64,000 nt of DNA from positions 121,708,001 to 121,772,000 of the forward strand of contig CM059432.1 of the NCBI GenBank assembly GCA_030390025.1. Reading direction: 5' to 3'. Numbering within the stretch: the first letter of the stretch is position 1; each line of letters starts with the position of its first letter. Positions 38,560 through 50,440 of the stretch are shown here, one piece after another. Under the pieces are notes generated by a model. It had not been told where the DNA came from. It did not search any database and saw only the letters and a program-made list of their open reading frames with translations. A program made the position numbers and the translations under genes. This stretch comes from Squalus acanthias. Taxonomy: Eukaryota.

Positions 38560-38860
38560 GGGTTTTGATCGACTAGATAGAGAAAGGTGAGTGGGTCAAT
38601 AACCAGAGGGCATAGATTTAAAATCATTGGCAAAAGATCTAGAGGGGAGATGAGGAGATTTTATTTCACTCAGGGAGTTGTGGGGATCTGGAACGCTCTA
38701 CCTGAAAAGGTGGTGGAAACTGATTCCATAAATAATTTTAAAAGGGAGTTGGACAGGTACTTGAGGATGAGGAACTTACAGGGGGACGGACAAAAAGAGG
38801 GGGTGTGGGACTAAGCATGACTGCTCTTTCAAAGAGCCAGCACATGCACGATGGGTTGTT
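38560..38860 (+). mobile_element. CR1 3' end
   Basis: SITRGHRFKI...FTQGVVGIWNALP. Confidence 0.9.
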
Positions 38861-39685
38861 GATCTGTTATTGCTTTTGTTCATGATTTTTTTCCCATGAC
38901 CATTAACATCGAGAGTAAAATATCAGGTTAGGTTGATTAGATTCATTTCAGGATTTCTAAGACTGCTTTCCAACTAAGTTAGTTGTATTTGTATCTACTG
39001 TAAGTCCAGCTATCAAAGAAAGGTCACTGCTCTAAATATCTTCGTCTTTGTCTCAGCATCCATATTTGTTTGATGATGCCTCTGATATGCCTTGGGAGAC
39101 ATTTTTCTACATTAAAGGCACTATATAAATGGTGGTGGCGGCGGTGTTTAGCTCGATCAACGTCCACTAGATTCCAAATTTAAACGTATCACTCAGCCTT
39201 CCTGTTAATGTCGGGTGGGTTTATATAATGTATGGAGGAGTACGAAAACAAGAAAGCAAGGAATAAATGAAAGATGAAACAATAGAAAGGAAATAATTAA
39301 TGCACAAATAAAAATGAATTTGTGTCTATCTATAAGTATTGCAATGCATACCGGATGGTTCTCTTTCTTCCTGTCTAAGACGCCAAACATATCTCACTTT
39401 TAAAGTTACAAGCATCCACTTTCCTGGATTATTAAATGCAATCAAGCACTGCAGGGCCACAAGGGTACTGAAGACTGCAGGAAAAGCTAGTAGAAAACTG
39501 TGAACTCTCAAGAAAATTCTGACCTATTTGTCACAGTCAGCTACTTCCGTATTCTTACAAAACCCTAATCCATTCAGTCAAATAATTATAGCACATCTTG
39601 GCATGCTGCAGAGAAAGTCTGAGGTCAAAAATCCTTCACCCTTCTAGCATAGTCCCACTGTAACTCTGCTGGAAGTGTATTTGAA

Positions 39686-40181
39686 GGGCTGGAAATTAGG
39701 CAGGGACGCAGACATGCTGGATTCTGGCCTAATATTGGAGTCCTATGGGACTTATAAGGAGTAGAGTTTCTACCTGCTGCTTACAAGACTAGTAGGGTCA
39801 GAGCGGGCAAGGTGAGCAGAGGGCCCTACCTACAGCAGGAACTTCCACTTCCCTGGCTTCTCAGCACTTCCTTGGTGGCTGGCATGCTGAGAAGAAATAG
39901 GTGCACCGGCCTCCTCAATGGCAGGAGCAAAGACATCTGGGAGTCCAGGCCCAGTCCGTGGCCACAGCCCCTGGAGACAACTGAAGGTGTTTTGAAATAA
40001 AGCTGTTACAGCGGCCTGAGCTGGGGCCCAGCAGCCAAATGTTTGCCAGGAGGTAGGGAGCATAAAACAAAGCCACAGTTTCTGGCTTGTGGAAAAGCTG
40101 ATCTCCTGTGTAGTCCTGTGGGGTCAGCAGTGTAGGTGACCAGTGGGCACACTCCCAGGGTAACAGGGAATTTCAGGGCCC
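39686..40181. mobile_element. Decayed Harbinger-type MITE
   Basis: GGGCTGGAAATT ... AATTTCAGGGCCC imperfect TIRs. Confidence 0.45.
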
Positions 40182-40318
40182 TTACATTTTGTTCCTTGAT
40201 TGAGTATATTTCAAAATCATTAAGGTCAGTGTATTGCATGAGGATGGCCTGATCATCATGCTAGAATCTACTCTCTATATCACTGCATAGAAGGGACGCT
40301 GTTGTCAATAAAAAACAA

Positions 40319-41211
40319 GGGGTAAAAATTCAGTTGGTTGCGCCTCCCGTTAGCGCCTTAAGAGGGCGCTAATGGGGCGCAAAGCCACTAACGCCCGGGC
40401 GCAGCGATGTTTGCGCCGCTCGGGAACTTAACTAGAGATTGTGCGGTGGTGCTAAACTTTACCGCTGCGACCACCTGCGCGCGCAGATTGTGACGTCATT
40501 CCATGGTGCAACGCCCTTGTGGCGCCCCGGAGCGGAAATTGAGTGGCGCCCCCTGCCTTACCGCCTGGCGCATCCAACGACCAGAAGACTGGAACGCTAT
40601 CAATCGCTGTGGGGCTGGGGGGGGCGCTATTTAAAGGGGGCCTCTTCCTGTCTTTTATTGTTGGTGGCATTTTTGAACTACGCATTCTGAGAGAGAGAGG
40701 GAGAGACTTCTGGAGAGATTCAACGTTGTGTGAAGGAGTTTTGGGTACTGAGCAGCACTTTGCAGGTTCATTTTGATTTGCCATTCCTTGTATCGATTTA
40801 GCAGAGACTGTGGGAGCTGCACTCTGAGCTCTTTGCCTGGTACTCTCCATTATTCTTTCCAGCACATTTGATGTGCAAGTCTCTCCAGGCCGAGATTCAA
40901 GGCTGCAATGAACAGGATGTGGATGGAAAGCAAGATTAACCATCCCCTTTAAGAACTGGCCCGTGCCATTGTGTGTGTGTTCCATTGCTGACTGACATTA
41001 CATGAGCTTCGCCAGCGCTCTGAGTTAGCGCCTCACTCCTTGGCCTTTGCGCCTTAAGACAGGTGTGCAGCGCCTGCTTTAGCGCTCCACTCACCTCCCG
41101 GGGCGGTAAAAGTGAAGTTTCCAGTCAGTGCCGATAATTAGCGCCAGGCGCTAATATTTGCGTCCAGACGATATTTGCGCCCCAAATGGGGCGCGACCTA
41201 ATTTTTCCCCC
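40319..41211. mobile_element. Harbinger-type MITE with repeated subterminal GGCGCTAA/TTAGCGCC motifs
   Basis: TIR GGGGTAAAAATT / AATTTTTCCCCC (11/12), TSD CAA/CAA. Confidence 0.85.
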
Positions 41212-41549
41212 CAAGTCTTCTTGGCCACTGGCCTTAGTTTTAGTTTCTGCTGCTGGTCGCATGGTATCCATACATCATAAGCTAGGAGCAGCAGCAAGAT
41301 ACTAGACCAAGGGGTGTCCTTACTGCATCCCTAGGGCTACATATGGCCCCTGAACCTTGGCAATCTGGCTCATGAAGCCCAGGCATCTCAATGCTATTAC
41401 TGCTTTTATTTCCTCTTTGGATTTGCTCGTTATGAATTTTGTGGGCCGGGAGGATTGGAAAGGGCTATTTTTCACACTTTTACCTCATTGGTGGGGAATT
41501 CTAAATCAGAACACAAAAATCTATTAGCATCAGCACCTTGAGATACATT

Positions 41550-42212
41550 TTTTTAAATCTTTTCTTTCTCGGGATGTAGGCGACACGGGCAAGGCCAGCG
41601 TTTATTGCCCATCCCTAGTTGCCATTGAAAAGGTGGTGGTGGGCAATGACCCTCAAATTGTTTTTTTCCCTGCACGGGCCCTTTAAATTTGCAGCGCGGC
41701 CGCGTATGCGCGGTGTCTCTTCCAGCGGTAGCAGCTGGTGAGCGGGAACATTGGTGGTGAGCCGCCTTCTTGAACCGCTGCAGTCCGTGTGGTGAAGGCA
41801 CTCCCACAGTGCTGTTAGGGAGGGAGTTCCAGGATTTTGACCCAGCGACAATGAGGGATCGGCGATATAGTTCTATGTCAGGATGGTGTGTGACTTGGAG
41901 GGGAACTTGGAGGTGGTGGTGTTCCCATGTGCCTGCTGCCCTTGTCCTTCCAGGTGGAAGAGGTCGCTGGTTTGGGAGGTGCTGCCGAAGAAGCCTTGGC
42001 GAGTTGCTGCAGTGCATCTTGTAGATGGTACACACTGCAGCCACGGTATGCCGGTGGTGGAGGGAGTGAATGTTTAAGGTGGTGGATGGGGCACCAATCA
42101 AGCGGGCTGCTTTGTCCTGGATGGTGTTGAGCTACTTGAGTGTTGTTGGAGCTGCACTCATCCAGGCAAGTGGAGAGTATTCCATCACACTCCTGACTTG
42201 TGCCTTGTAGGT
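41550..42212 (-). mobile_element. CR1-group LINE 3' portion (family distinct from the other CR1s here)
   Basis: YKAQVRSVMEYSPLAW...HSLHHRHTVAAVCTIYKMH...SKSWNSLP. Confidence 0.85.
41644..41753. mobile_element. hAT-like MITE nested in LINE
   Basis: CAATG...GGGAACATTG ends as in 5365-5539; 8-bp TSD GTGGTGGG / GTGGTGAG. Confidence 0.8.
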
Positions 42213-43860
42213 TGTACATGCAAATAAATGGCCCCTGAGATCCCATGCTACACACTTACATGACATGTGCTTTGACGCCCTTGCACTAGAGAAATATAAA
42301 AGCAGATTAATTGATTGTAACAAGAGCAGTGCTGCACGAGACAGACGTCCATGGTTAAGTCAGGAGCCACAAAAACCACTGTAGTTCTTGTCGAATTTGA
42401 AGGGCATAGTTCACACGTTGCATTTCCAGTGTGTGCAACTCTCTCCTGGACAGAATTTTCATCTGGAACGCAGCCCCTTGTTTGTAGAGAGTTCAAATGC
42501 AGATAGTTTTGCTAACAATTGCTGAACCAGGGTGATTGAGAATTAGCCCGTAGGAAAGCTCTAGGCTAACTCTTGGCATCAAGCTCTCTTGTGCTCTCAG
42601 CAGCCACCAAGATCAATTAAGTGAGAAAATTTGTCCTTATTACAGTCCCTTCCAGCTGTGCCTTAAATCTATGCCAACTAACACAGAAAATTAAAAATTC
42701 CACTTGTCACACACAGCTCTTGCTATTCAAAAATATCAAAATCACTCAAAATGAAATAAAGGATTCCATCTTTGTTAGACACATCGTAAAACCTCAGCTA
42801 GGGAAGTTAGTATTTTGCATTTCCTTTGAAACCATAGTAAGAACACTATTTGAACATCATTTCATATACTGGACAGTTATAACTTACACCTTAGGGACGG
42901 TTTTCCAAAAGTAGGCAACTGATGGGGACCTCAACTGTCCTGAGTGCGTATCAAGAAATCATAAGGAGCACACCCATGATTTCCCAATATGTGCTCCTGG
43001 CATTGAGACTCAGTGTTGAAAGCATTCAAAAATCAGCCCGATTAACCCCCGACCATGGCAGGCAGGAGAGAGTCAGGGGGTGTTAAAAATTAAAAACTTG
43101 GGGAGCTGGTCCCCAACACACCGGGTTTCCCCACTGCTCCTGCGCTTCTTTGCTCTCTCTCCCGAGCACCCCGTAAATATTGGGGCCATTGTGTCACTAC
43201 ACAGCTGTAGTGGTTTACAGCGATGCAGAATGAGCAGCATCACCACGGCCAAACTGGTATAAGCTTGGTGCTCAGCTTCGTGTGTGTGCCCACTGCTTTA
43301 GCATCACTCTTGCAGAGGAGTCCAACCTTTGTGCACCACAGAGCCTGAGGGATCAGATGCCAAAGTTTAAATACAGTAGCTACAGCTGAAGAAGTTTCAA
43401 ATCAGCCCACTTGATACGAAACTTGATTGCATAATGGCCACAACTTCGGTCTTCATGTGTTCCAGACCATATGTCTGGCCCAGAACACTCCCACTTCCAT
43501 TGCTCCACTCTACTTGTTGGCATCTAATATTTTCAGAGCAGAGGAGGTGGAAGCAGCAGGGATTTCGGAGGAAGATTTAATCCTACTCGTCCTGCCTTTT
43601 TGTTTTAACATCAGGCTGCAAGAGGTTGGATGCAATTAGCTCCTGTCCTCAACCAGCAGAGAACATTTCTTCAACCTTTTCTTTGGGGCGGAGACCAGCG
43701 TTAATGAGTCCTGCTCCACCACTCCCCCCCCCCCCACCACCCCCATTTTCCGCACCCGCCTGTCCTCTCCAGCCTCTCGTACACCAGCAGTCCACACCAG
43801 GCCACAAAGAAATTCAGCAACAATACTTATAATCTGTGGAGAAATGAATTAAAAATAAAT

Positions 43861-44062
43861 TCTTGCATTTATATAGCGCCTTTCATGGCCTCAGGACTTC
43901 CCAAAGCACTTTACAGCCAATGAAGTACTTTTGAAGTGTAGGCACTGTTGTAATGTAGGAAATGCATCAGCCAGTTTGCGCACAGCAAGCTCCCACAAAC
44001 AGCAATGAGATAATGGCCAGATAATCTGTTTTATGTTGAGAGATAACTGTTGGCCTGGACAC
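43861..44062 (-). mobile_element. Deu-SINE 3' half
   Basis: Reverse-complement match to the SINE tail. Confidence 0.85.
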
Positions 44063-44155
44063 AGCGAAAGTTATACAATGGGTATCGGCAAAAAATATGT
44101 ATTTTTAGATTTCAATTTCTATTCACTTAACAGAAATAATCACTTGGTGGATATT

Positions 44156-44898
44156 GGCCCAAAAATTTGTGTTGATACGCGAGAGTATGCACTGTGTACT
44201 CTCGCGTATTCTGTCTCCAATTGCCGGTTTTCTGCATGCACTGCGCATGCGCTGAAAACCGGCACTTGGTGAATGGAAAAGGGGGCGGTTCCTAGGTGAA
44301 CCGCGTGCGCGCTACAGGCTGCGCGCATGCAGTGCACTTAGTGGTTTCAACGCGCAGGTAAGTATGGAAGATTTTACACATAAAAAAAGGAGGAGTAAGA
44401 CCCACTTTTAACAAGGTAAGTAGTGAATTAAGTATTATTTTGAATTTTTTTTAACAGGTATATCTTTTTTAGAGACTTTAAAGACAGGTAAGTTTATTTT
44501 TATAACTTTTTAAAAGATTTTAAATTTTTTCAAAAATTTAATTTTTTATTTAAAATGGTTAATTTATTTAACTATACTTATTTTATTAATGTGATGGTTT
44601 TTTTTTTAATTTAATTGAGGTTTAGCTGTTCTTTTGGGGGGCTATAGTATTCATAGCTTTCACAGCACTTATGTGAAAGTTATGAATGGAAGATGGTGTG
44701 CTGCCATTGGCTCTAACTGAGTCACGTGATCCCACAGCTCGCACGAATTAACTACGCCTGTGGGATACGCAAGCCCAGCACAGCAGCTGTCCAGAACATC
44801 AAGTTCGTGCGAGCTGGAACTGAAAAAGCCAACGCGCAGTGAGAGATCGCGGGGAAGCCTTACCCTCGCACGAAGGCTTCCTCACGAATTTTTGGGCC
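44156..44898 (+). mobile_element. Harbinger-type MITE with hairpin-rich ends and AT-rich core
   Basis: Perfect TIR GGCCCAAAAATT / AATTTTTGGGCC, flanks ATT/AAT; inverted homolog at 48593-49339. Confidence 0.88.
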
Positions 44899-45224
44899 AA
44901 TAACTTCAGTGGAGCAGGTAAAGAGCTACCAATAATAATGCTTGAATTCCAGAATATGTATCATTTGTGACACCTCCTTTTTCAAAGTACTTTGCCATCA
45001 GGAATTTGTGTCTTTACCAACCAAAAAATCACTAGTGACAGACAGAGCCACCAGTATGGATTATTAAAGATAGTGGTGGAAAGATGTGATTTATTTCATT
45101 TTGTAGCAAAGGTTTTTGTTGGTGGGGAATTGACTGCCCTTTTCTACTTGAATCGTTCACCTTGTCATCCAGATTAAAATTAGCAACAGTCCCTGTCCAT
45201 GCAATCTTGTGTTTCTAACTGGGG

Positions 45225-46715
45225 AAAATAGCTAAGGATGAAACTGAAGGAGACCTAGCAGTCTTTGTAAACTCAACGCTAAACATGTCCAACCAATGCA
45301 GAGCAGCATTCAGCAAAGCCAATAGGATGTTGAGCTACAGAACCAAAACGGTTGAACACAAGTCTGAGGAAGTTATGATCAAACAGTGCAGGGCTCTGGT
45401 CAGATTAGACCATGGGCTGGATTTTGCCAATGGGAAGCTTTTGGAGGCGGGACTCCCACGGGTTTCAGTCCCGCCTCCATCAACTTCTGGCCAACCCATG
45501 CTATTTTCCCTTGATTGACCTTGTTAAGCCCGCCCAGCGGGTTTAGCAGGCCAATTAAGGGAAAGCCGGTTACAGAGAACGTCAACGTATGACGTTTCAT
45601 CTGTCAAAAATTTTTGACAGATGAATTGTCATCGTTTGACAGCTCTGTGAAGCTGTCAAACACTGACATTCTGTGTAGTTTGTAGAGTTCTTGAATTCAA
45701 GACTCATCAAAGCTCTTTCTTTTGCAGAAATTAGATGGTTGTTGCATTGGAGAATGCAACGGCCATCTGTCATCTCTGCCGCGGAGGTGCGAGACTCTCC
45801 GCATACCCAACTCTTGAAGTCTGCAGGAAGAAACAAAGGTAAGTAAACTTTTTCTAACACTTTCCACTTACCTCACATACTCATCTCTCCACACTTGCAC
45901 CCATCACTTACCTTCACAGCGCACTTTTGCACCCCTCCGATCCCTGCAGACCCACTACTCGCCTCGGTGACCCTGGCGGGGTTTGGAGCCTTCGGGAAGC
46001 CCGCACTTGTGTGAGCAAAATGGGAATAATCCTCTTATCTGCCTGTTAACTACCTGTTAACAGGCAGATAAGTGGCACTAATCCCCTTCCCACCTCCAAG
46101 GAGACGGGACCCGGCACGGGTCGGCTACCCGCCTCCTGGCAAGATGGCACGAGTTGGAGCCGGGTTGGGCACCCGCCCCCAGATTCTGCCATTTTCCCAC
46201 CTCCATACCCGCCTCCCCAGGGCTGGCAAGATCGCACCCCTTGAGTACTGCATTCAGTTCTGGTCGACGAGACATAAGAGAGACATTCGCGCACTGGAGG
46301 CAGTGCGGAGAAGAGCCAGGAGGCTGACCCCTTGTGTTAAAGCTCTGAGTTATGATGAAAAACTGGTGAAACTTAAGCTTTTTAGCCTGGGAAGGAGGCA
46401 TCTGAGGATGATCTTCTAGAGGTATATAGGATCGTTAAAGGTCAGTCTATCCAGAATATTACTTTAAATTACATTGCAGAATAGGAAGAGAGAACCCAGG
46501 TTTCAAATATTCAAAGGGAAATTTAAGACTGAAGTTCTTCTTCACACAAAGAGTTAATGATTCAAGGAATGGACCCCCAGATAGAGTAGAGGAGACAAAA
46601 AGCCGGGAATCCTTTCAGAAGCAATTGGATGCTGCAATGGAGGAACTGTAAGGTGCTCCTGGATGGATGAATTAAAATTGGCTGATTGGTCTACCTCATC
46701 CATAATTATCTTGTG
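45225..46715 (+). mobile_element. Old CR1 3' portion split by a Harbinger-type element
   Basis: MSNQCRAAFSKANRML...ALVR (to 45413) resumes as LEYCIQFWS at 46240. Confidence 0.85.
45414..46239. mobile_element. Harbinger-type non-autonomous element
   Basis: GGGCTGGATTTTGCCA / TGGCAAGATCGCACCC ends, flanks CAT/CTT; cleanly interrupts the CR1 frame. Confidence 0.8.
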
Positions 46716-46720
46716 ATCAT

Positions 46721-47287
46721 GTGGCTGAATTCCTTCGGATCCCAGAAATGAGGTAATCTAGAGTTTGCAGGTCGGTGGGAGTGGGTGTAGGTTTGAGTAC
46801 TGCTTTGGATGCATCTCCAGCACCCGCCTGCCCCATGCAATTGGGAACTCCAGTGCCAACCCACCACTGCTGGAGGATTGCTCAGGCCCCCACCCCAAAC
46901 CGGGGCTTGTTCCCCTAGTGCTCCTGGTAGAAAAAGATGATGCTTTCTCTTCAGTGTTGCAGGCCAGTTCACTGGTCTCGACCCCATCGGTTGTGTCTAC
47001 AACTACCCATCTGGAGGTTGGTACGTTGCAACTCACTCAGAGTACTGGCCCTCAGAGAGATGTCAGATCCCAACTGAGCCAATGGACTGGGACCTCTAGG
47101 CATAGGGAGTCCCCATGCCTGCCCCGCCCCAACTTGAAGACATTTTCCTTGTAAAGGGTGGATGGAGGACCTGCTACATTCCAAGACAGGTGCAGCTGGG
47201 TCTCCGCCATTTTCTGGGGGGCTTCCGCTTGTCTCCTGCCAGAGGTACGGTGGGAGACGAGCAGAACCATTAATGAATTTCAGCCCC
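46721..47287. mobile_element. Decayed Harbinger-type MITE
   Basis: GTGGCTGAATT ... AATTTCAGCCCC ends, directly after a CR1 tail. Confidence 0.5.
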
Positions 47288-48339
47288 ATCGTAATGTGTG
47301 TGATGGTTTATCTGAAAAGGAAGTGAAACAAAAGTCCAAAAATAGCGATATATTTTCTTTCCAAATATGATATTTGCTAACTTACCAACATTTCGAAAAA
47401 GAAAAATCCACCCTTGCCTGAGGTGATATTAGCCATTAGCTTCAGAATCCTCTCCCTCCTTAACTGCCCCCCGCCCCCAACCCTTCCCACAAACAAACAC
47501 AAAAGGCCACTAATACTTCGAATCTTCATATCAAATGAGCAGCTAGAGTAAAACTACAGATTCCAGGGGCTGCCGAGCAACCAAGATTCCCTGTCAGATG
47601 CAGGTGTGTGTAATACAGCATTTACTTTACGTTTTCTGTGCTTCACTCTTTCACAGCCACAATCAAAGCAGTGTCTGCTGGCTACAACAGGGAAAACAGA
47701 CCAGTTACAAGGCACCCAGTGTTCAATATACACATTCAAATGTGCAGCACAGCATCATTTTACCTTTCACACAAAGGTATGTGTAATTTCTCGTTTCAGT
47801 CCTTCAAACTCTAAGTCAGTTAAAGCATCCTGAATTCATCCAGTTTATGAAATATTTATTACATTTAATTAGCTCAGTCTTTTGGCAGACTGTCTTGCTT
47901 TGTTTGTATTATTTATACTCATTCTCTCCCATTAGCTCCCTGGCGAAATGTTTAATTCCGATGACCATCTGTCTGCACCTATTTGCGTTTTTTAATTGGA
48001 ACTGATTTATTTACAGGACACATATTAGTGAGTGTTCCTTGACCTGGCTTAGCCAGTATTGCATTAAAAGTGTGAGGTGCTTCATAATTCCCAGCATCAC
48101 ACGTGGCCCACAGTTTCTGCATTAATGTATGAAATGGTGAGAATCAGCACAGGTTTTGAGAATGGTGAACAAGACTCCAAATTATGGGCCATTTCCTTCT
48201 CTGTCCAAAAAAACCCATGAGAAATGTCCATTGCTCAACAGAATGTACAACTCGCTGACAGAATCATGGGAATATAATTTTTTGAGACATGCGATGCCTG
48301 AAAATGTGATTTTGTATGGAATTAAAAAGACTGTCAGCA

Positions 48340-49513
48340 ATCAGTCAGCTGTGGCTCAGTTGGTAGCACACTCGCTTCTGAGTCAGAAGGTTGTGGGTTC
48401 AAGTCCCACTCCCGGGACTGAGGGAGTGCTGCACTGTCGGTAGGTGCTGTCTTTTGGATGAGACATTAAACCCTTCTGCTCTCTCAGGTGGCTGTAAAAG
48501 ATCCCATGGCACTATTTCAAAGAAGAGCAGGGGAGTTATCCCCAGTGTCCTGGCCAATATTTATCCCTCAACCAAAATAACAAAAACAGATTGGCCCAGA
48601 AATTAGGCTCCCTGGCTTCCCGCGGGTGCAAGGATCCCGCGCGCACCTGCCTGCCGTTGACCTCTGGGCCCACGGGGACTTCGCCTCCTGCAGCTGCCGG
48701 CGCGCAGTGCTTGCGTGACCCAGGGGCGTAGTTAGTGCGATGCGTCCCCTGGGATCACGTGGACCATGGAGAGCCAATGGCAGCAGACCATCTTTCATTC
48801 ATAGATTTGACAGGAAGATCTGTCAAATCTATGAATTGAAATCGGCCCCAAAACAACATTTAAACTTCAAATACATTTTTTAAAAAAACATCACATTTTT
48901 AAAATAACTATAAGTTAAATAAATTAACTACTTTAAACAAAAATTTAAATTTTTGAAAAAATTAAAATACTTTTTAACAGTGCTAAAAATAAACTTACCT
49001 TTCTTTAAAGTATCTAAAATAGATAAACCTGTTGAAATTTTTTTTAAATTGTAATTAATTAACCACTTACCTTGTTGAAAACAGGTCTTGCGCCTCCTTT
49101 TTAAAAGCGCAGCTTCTTCAATACTTACCTCCCAGAGAAACCTGAAAAAAAACCTAAGTTCGCTGCATGCGCGCAGCCTCTACCGCGCACGCGGTTCACC
49201 TCTCAACCCCTCCCTTCACGAGACCGGAAGTTCCGGTTTCCCGCGCATGCGCAGTGCATGCAGGAAACCGGCACTTCAGGGGGCCTTACGGGCGAGTACA
49301 CAGCGCATACTCACCCGGCAAGTGCCGAATTTTTGGCCCATTATCGGGTTATTATCACATTGCTGTTTGTGGGACCTTGCTGTGCGCAAATTGGCTGCTA
49401 CGTTTCCCACATTACAACAGTGACTCCACTTCAAAAAGTACTTCATTGGCTGTAAGGTGCTTTGAGATGTCCGGTGGTCGTGAAAAGCGCTATATAAATG
49501 CAAGTCTTTCTTT
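48340..49513 (+). mobile_element. Deu-SINE split by a MITE (48340-48592 and 49340-49513)
   Basis: A box TGGCTCAGTTGG and B box GGTTCAAGTCC; SINE sequence is continuous once 48593-49339 and one ATT are removed. Confidence 0.9.
48593..49339 (-). mobile_element. Harbinger-type MITE (same family as 44156-44898)
   Basis: TIR GGCCCAGAAATT / AATTTTTGGCCC, exact TSD ATT/ATT. Confidence 0.9.
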
Positions 49514-49514
49514 G

Positions 49515-50440
49515 TCATAGAATGGTTACAGCACGGAAGAAAACCGTGCCAACTCTCAGCTGGTCCCTCTCACCATAGCCCTGCAAGTTTTTTTCCTTCA
49601 GATACTTATCCAACTCGCTTTTGAAAGATAAGATTGAGTCTGCCTCCACCACCCTCTCAGGCAGTGCATGCCAGATCTTAACCACTCGCTGCGTTAAAAA
49701 GTTTTTCTTACATCACCTTTGGTTCTTCTGCCAATCACCTTAAATCTGTGTCCTCTGGTTCTCGACCCTTCTGCCAATGGGAACAGTTTCTCTCTATCTA
49801 CTCATGATTTTGAACACCTCTATCAAATCTCCTCTCAATCTTCTCTGCTCCAAGGAGAACAACCCCAGCTTCTCCAGTCTATCAACGTAACTGAAGTCCC
49901 TCATTCCTGGAATCATTCTCGTAAATCTTTTCTGCACCCTCTCTAAGGCCTTCACATCCTTCCTAAAGTGTGGTGCCCAGAATTGGACACAGTACTCCAG
50001 TTGGGGCCGAACCAGTGTTTTATATAGGTTCATCATAAGTTCCACAATTTTGTACTCTATACCTCTATTTATGAAGCCCAGGATCTCATAAGCCCTTTTA
50101 ACTGCTTTCTCAACCTGCCCTGCCACCTTCAACGATTTGTGCACACATACCCCCAGGTCTCTCTGTTTATGCACCCCCTTTAGGATTGTACCATTTAGTT
50201 TATATTTCCTCTCCTCATTCTTTCTACCAAAATGTATCACTTCGCACTTTTCTGCGTTAAATTTCATCTGCCACATGTCCGCCTATTTCATTAGCCTGTC
50301 TATGTCTTCTTGAAGTCTATCACTATCCTCCTCACTGTTCACTATACTTCCAAGTTTTGTGTCATCTGCAAATTTTGAAATTGTGCCCTGTACACCCACA
50401 TCCAAGTCATTAATATATATCAAGAAAAGCAGTGGTCCTT
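49515..50440 (-). mobile_element. CR1 LINE 3' portion
   Basis: GPLLFLIYINDLD...KFADDTKLG; WQMKFNAEKC...RLRGDLIEVFKI. Confidence 0.95.

Noticed and set aside
48346..48412. tRNA gene
   Set aside because: The A and B boxes belong to a SINE head that continues into the Deu core; the same applies at ~12970 and ~37010.
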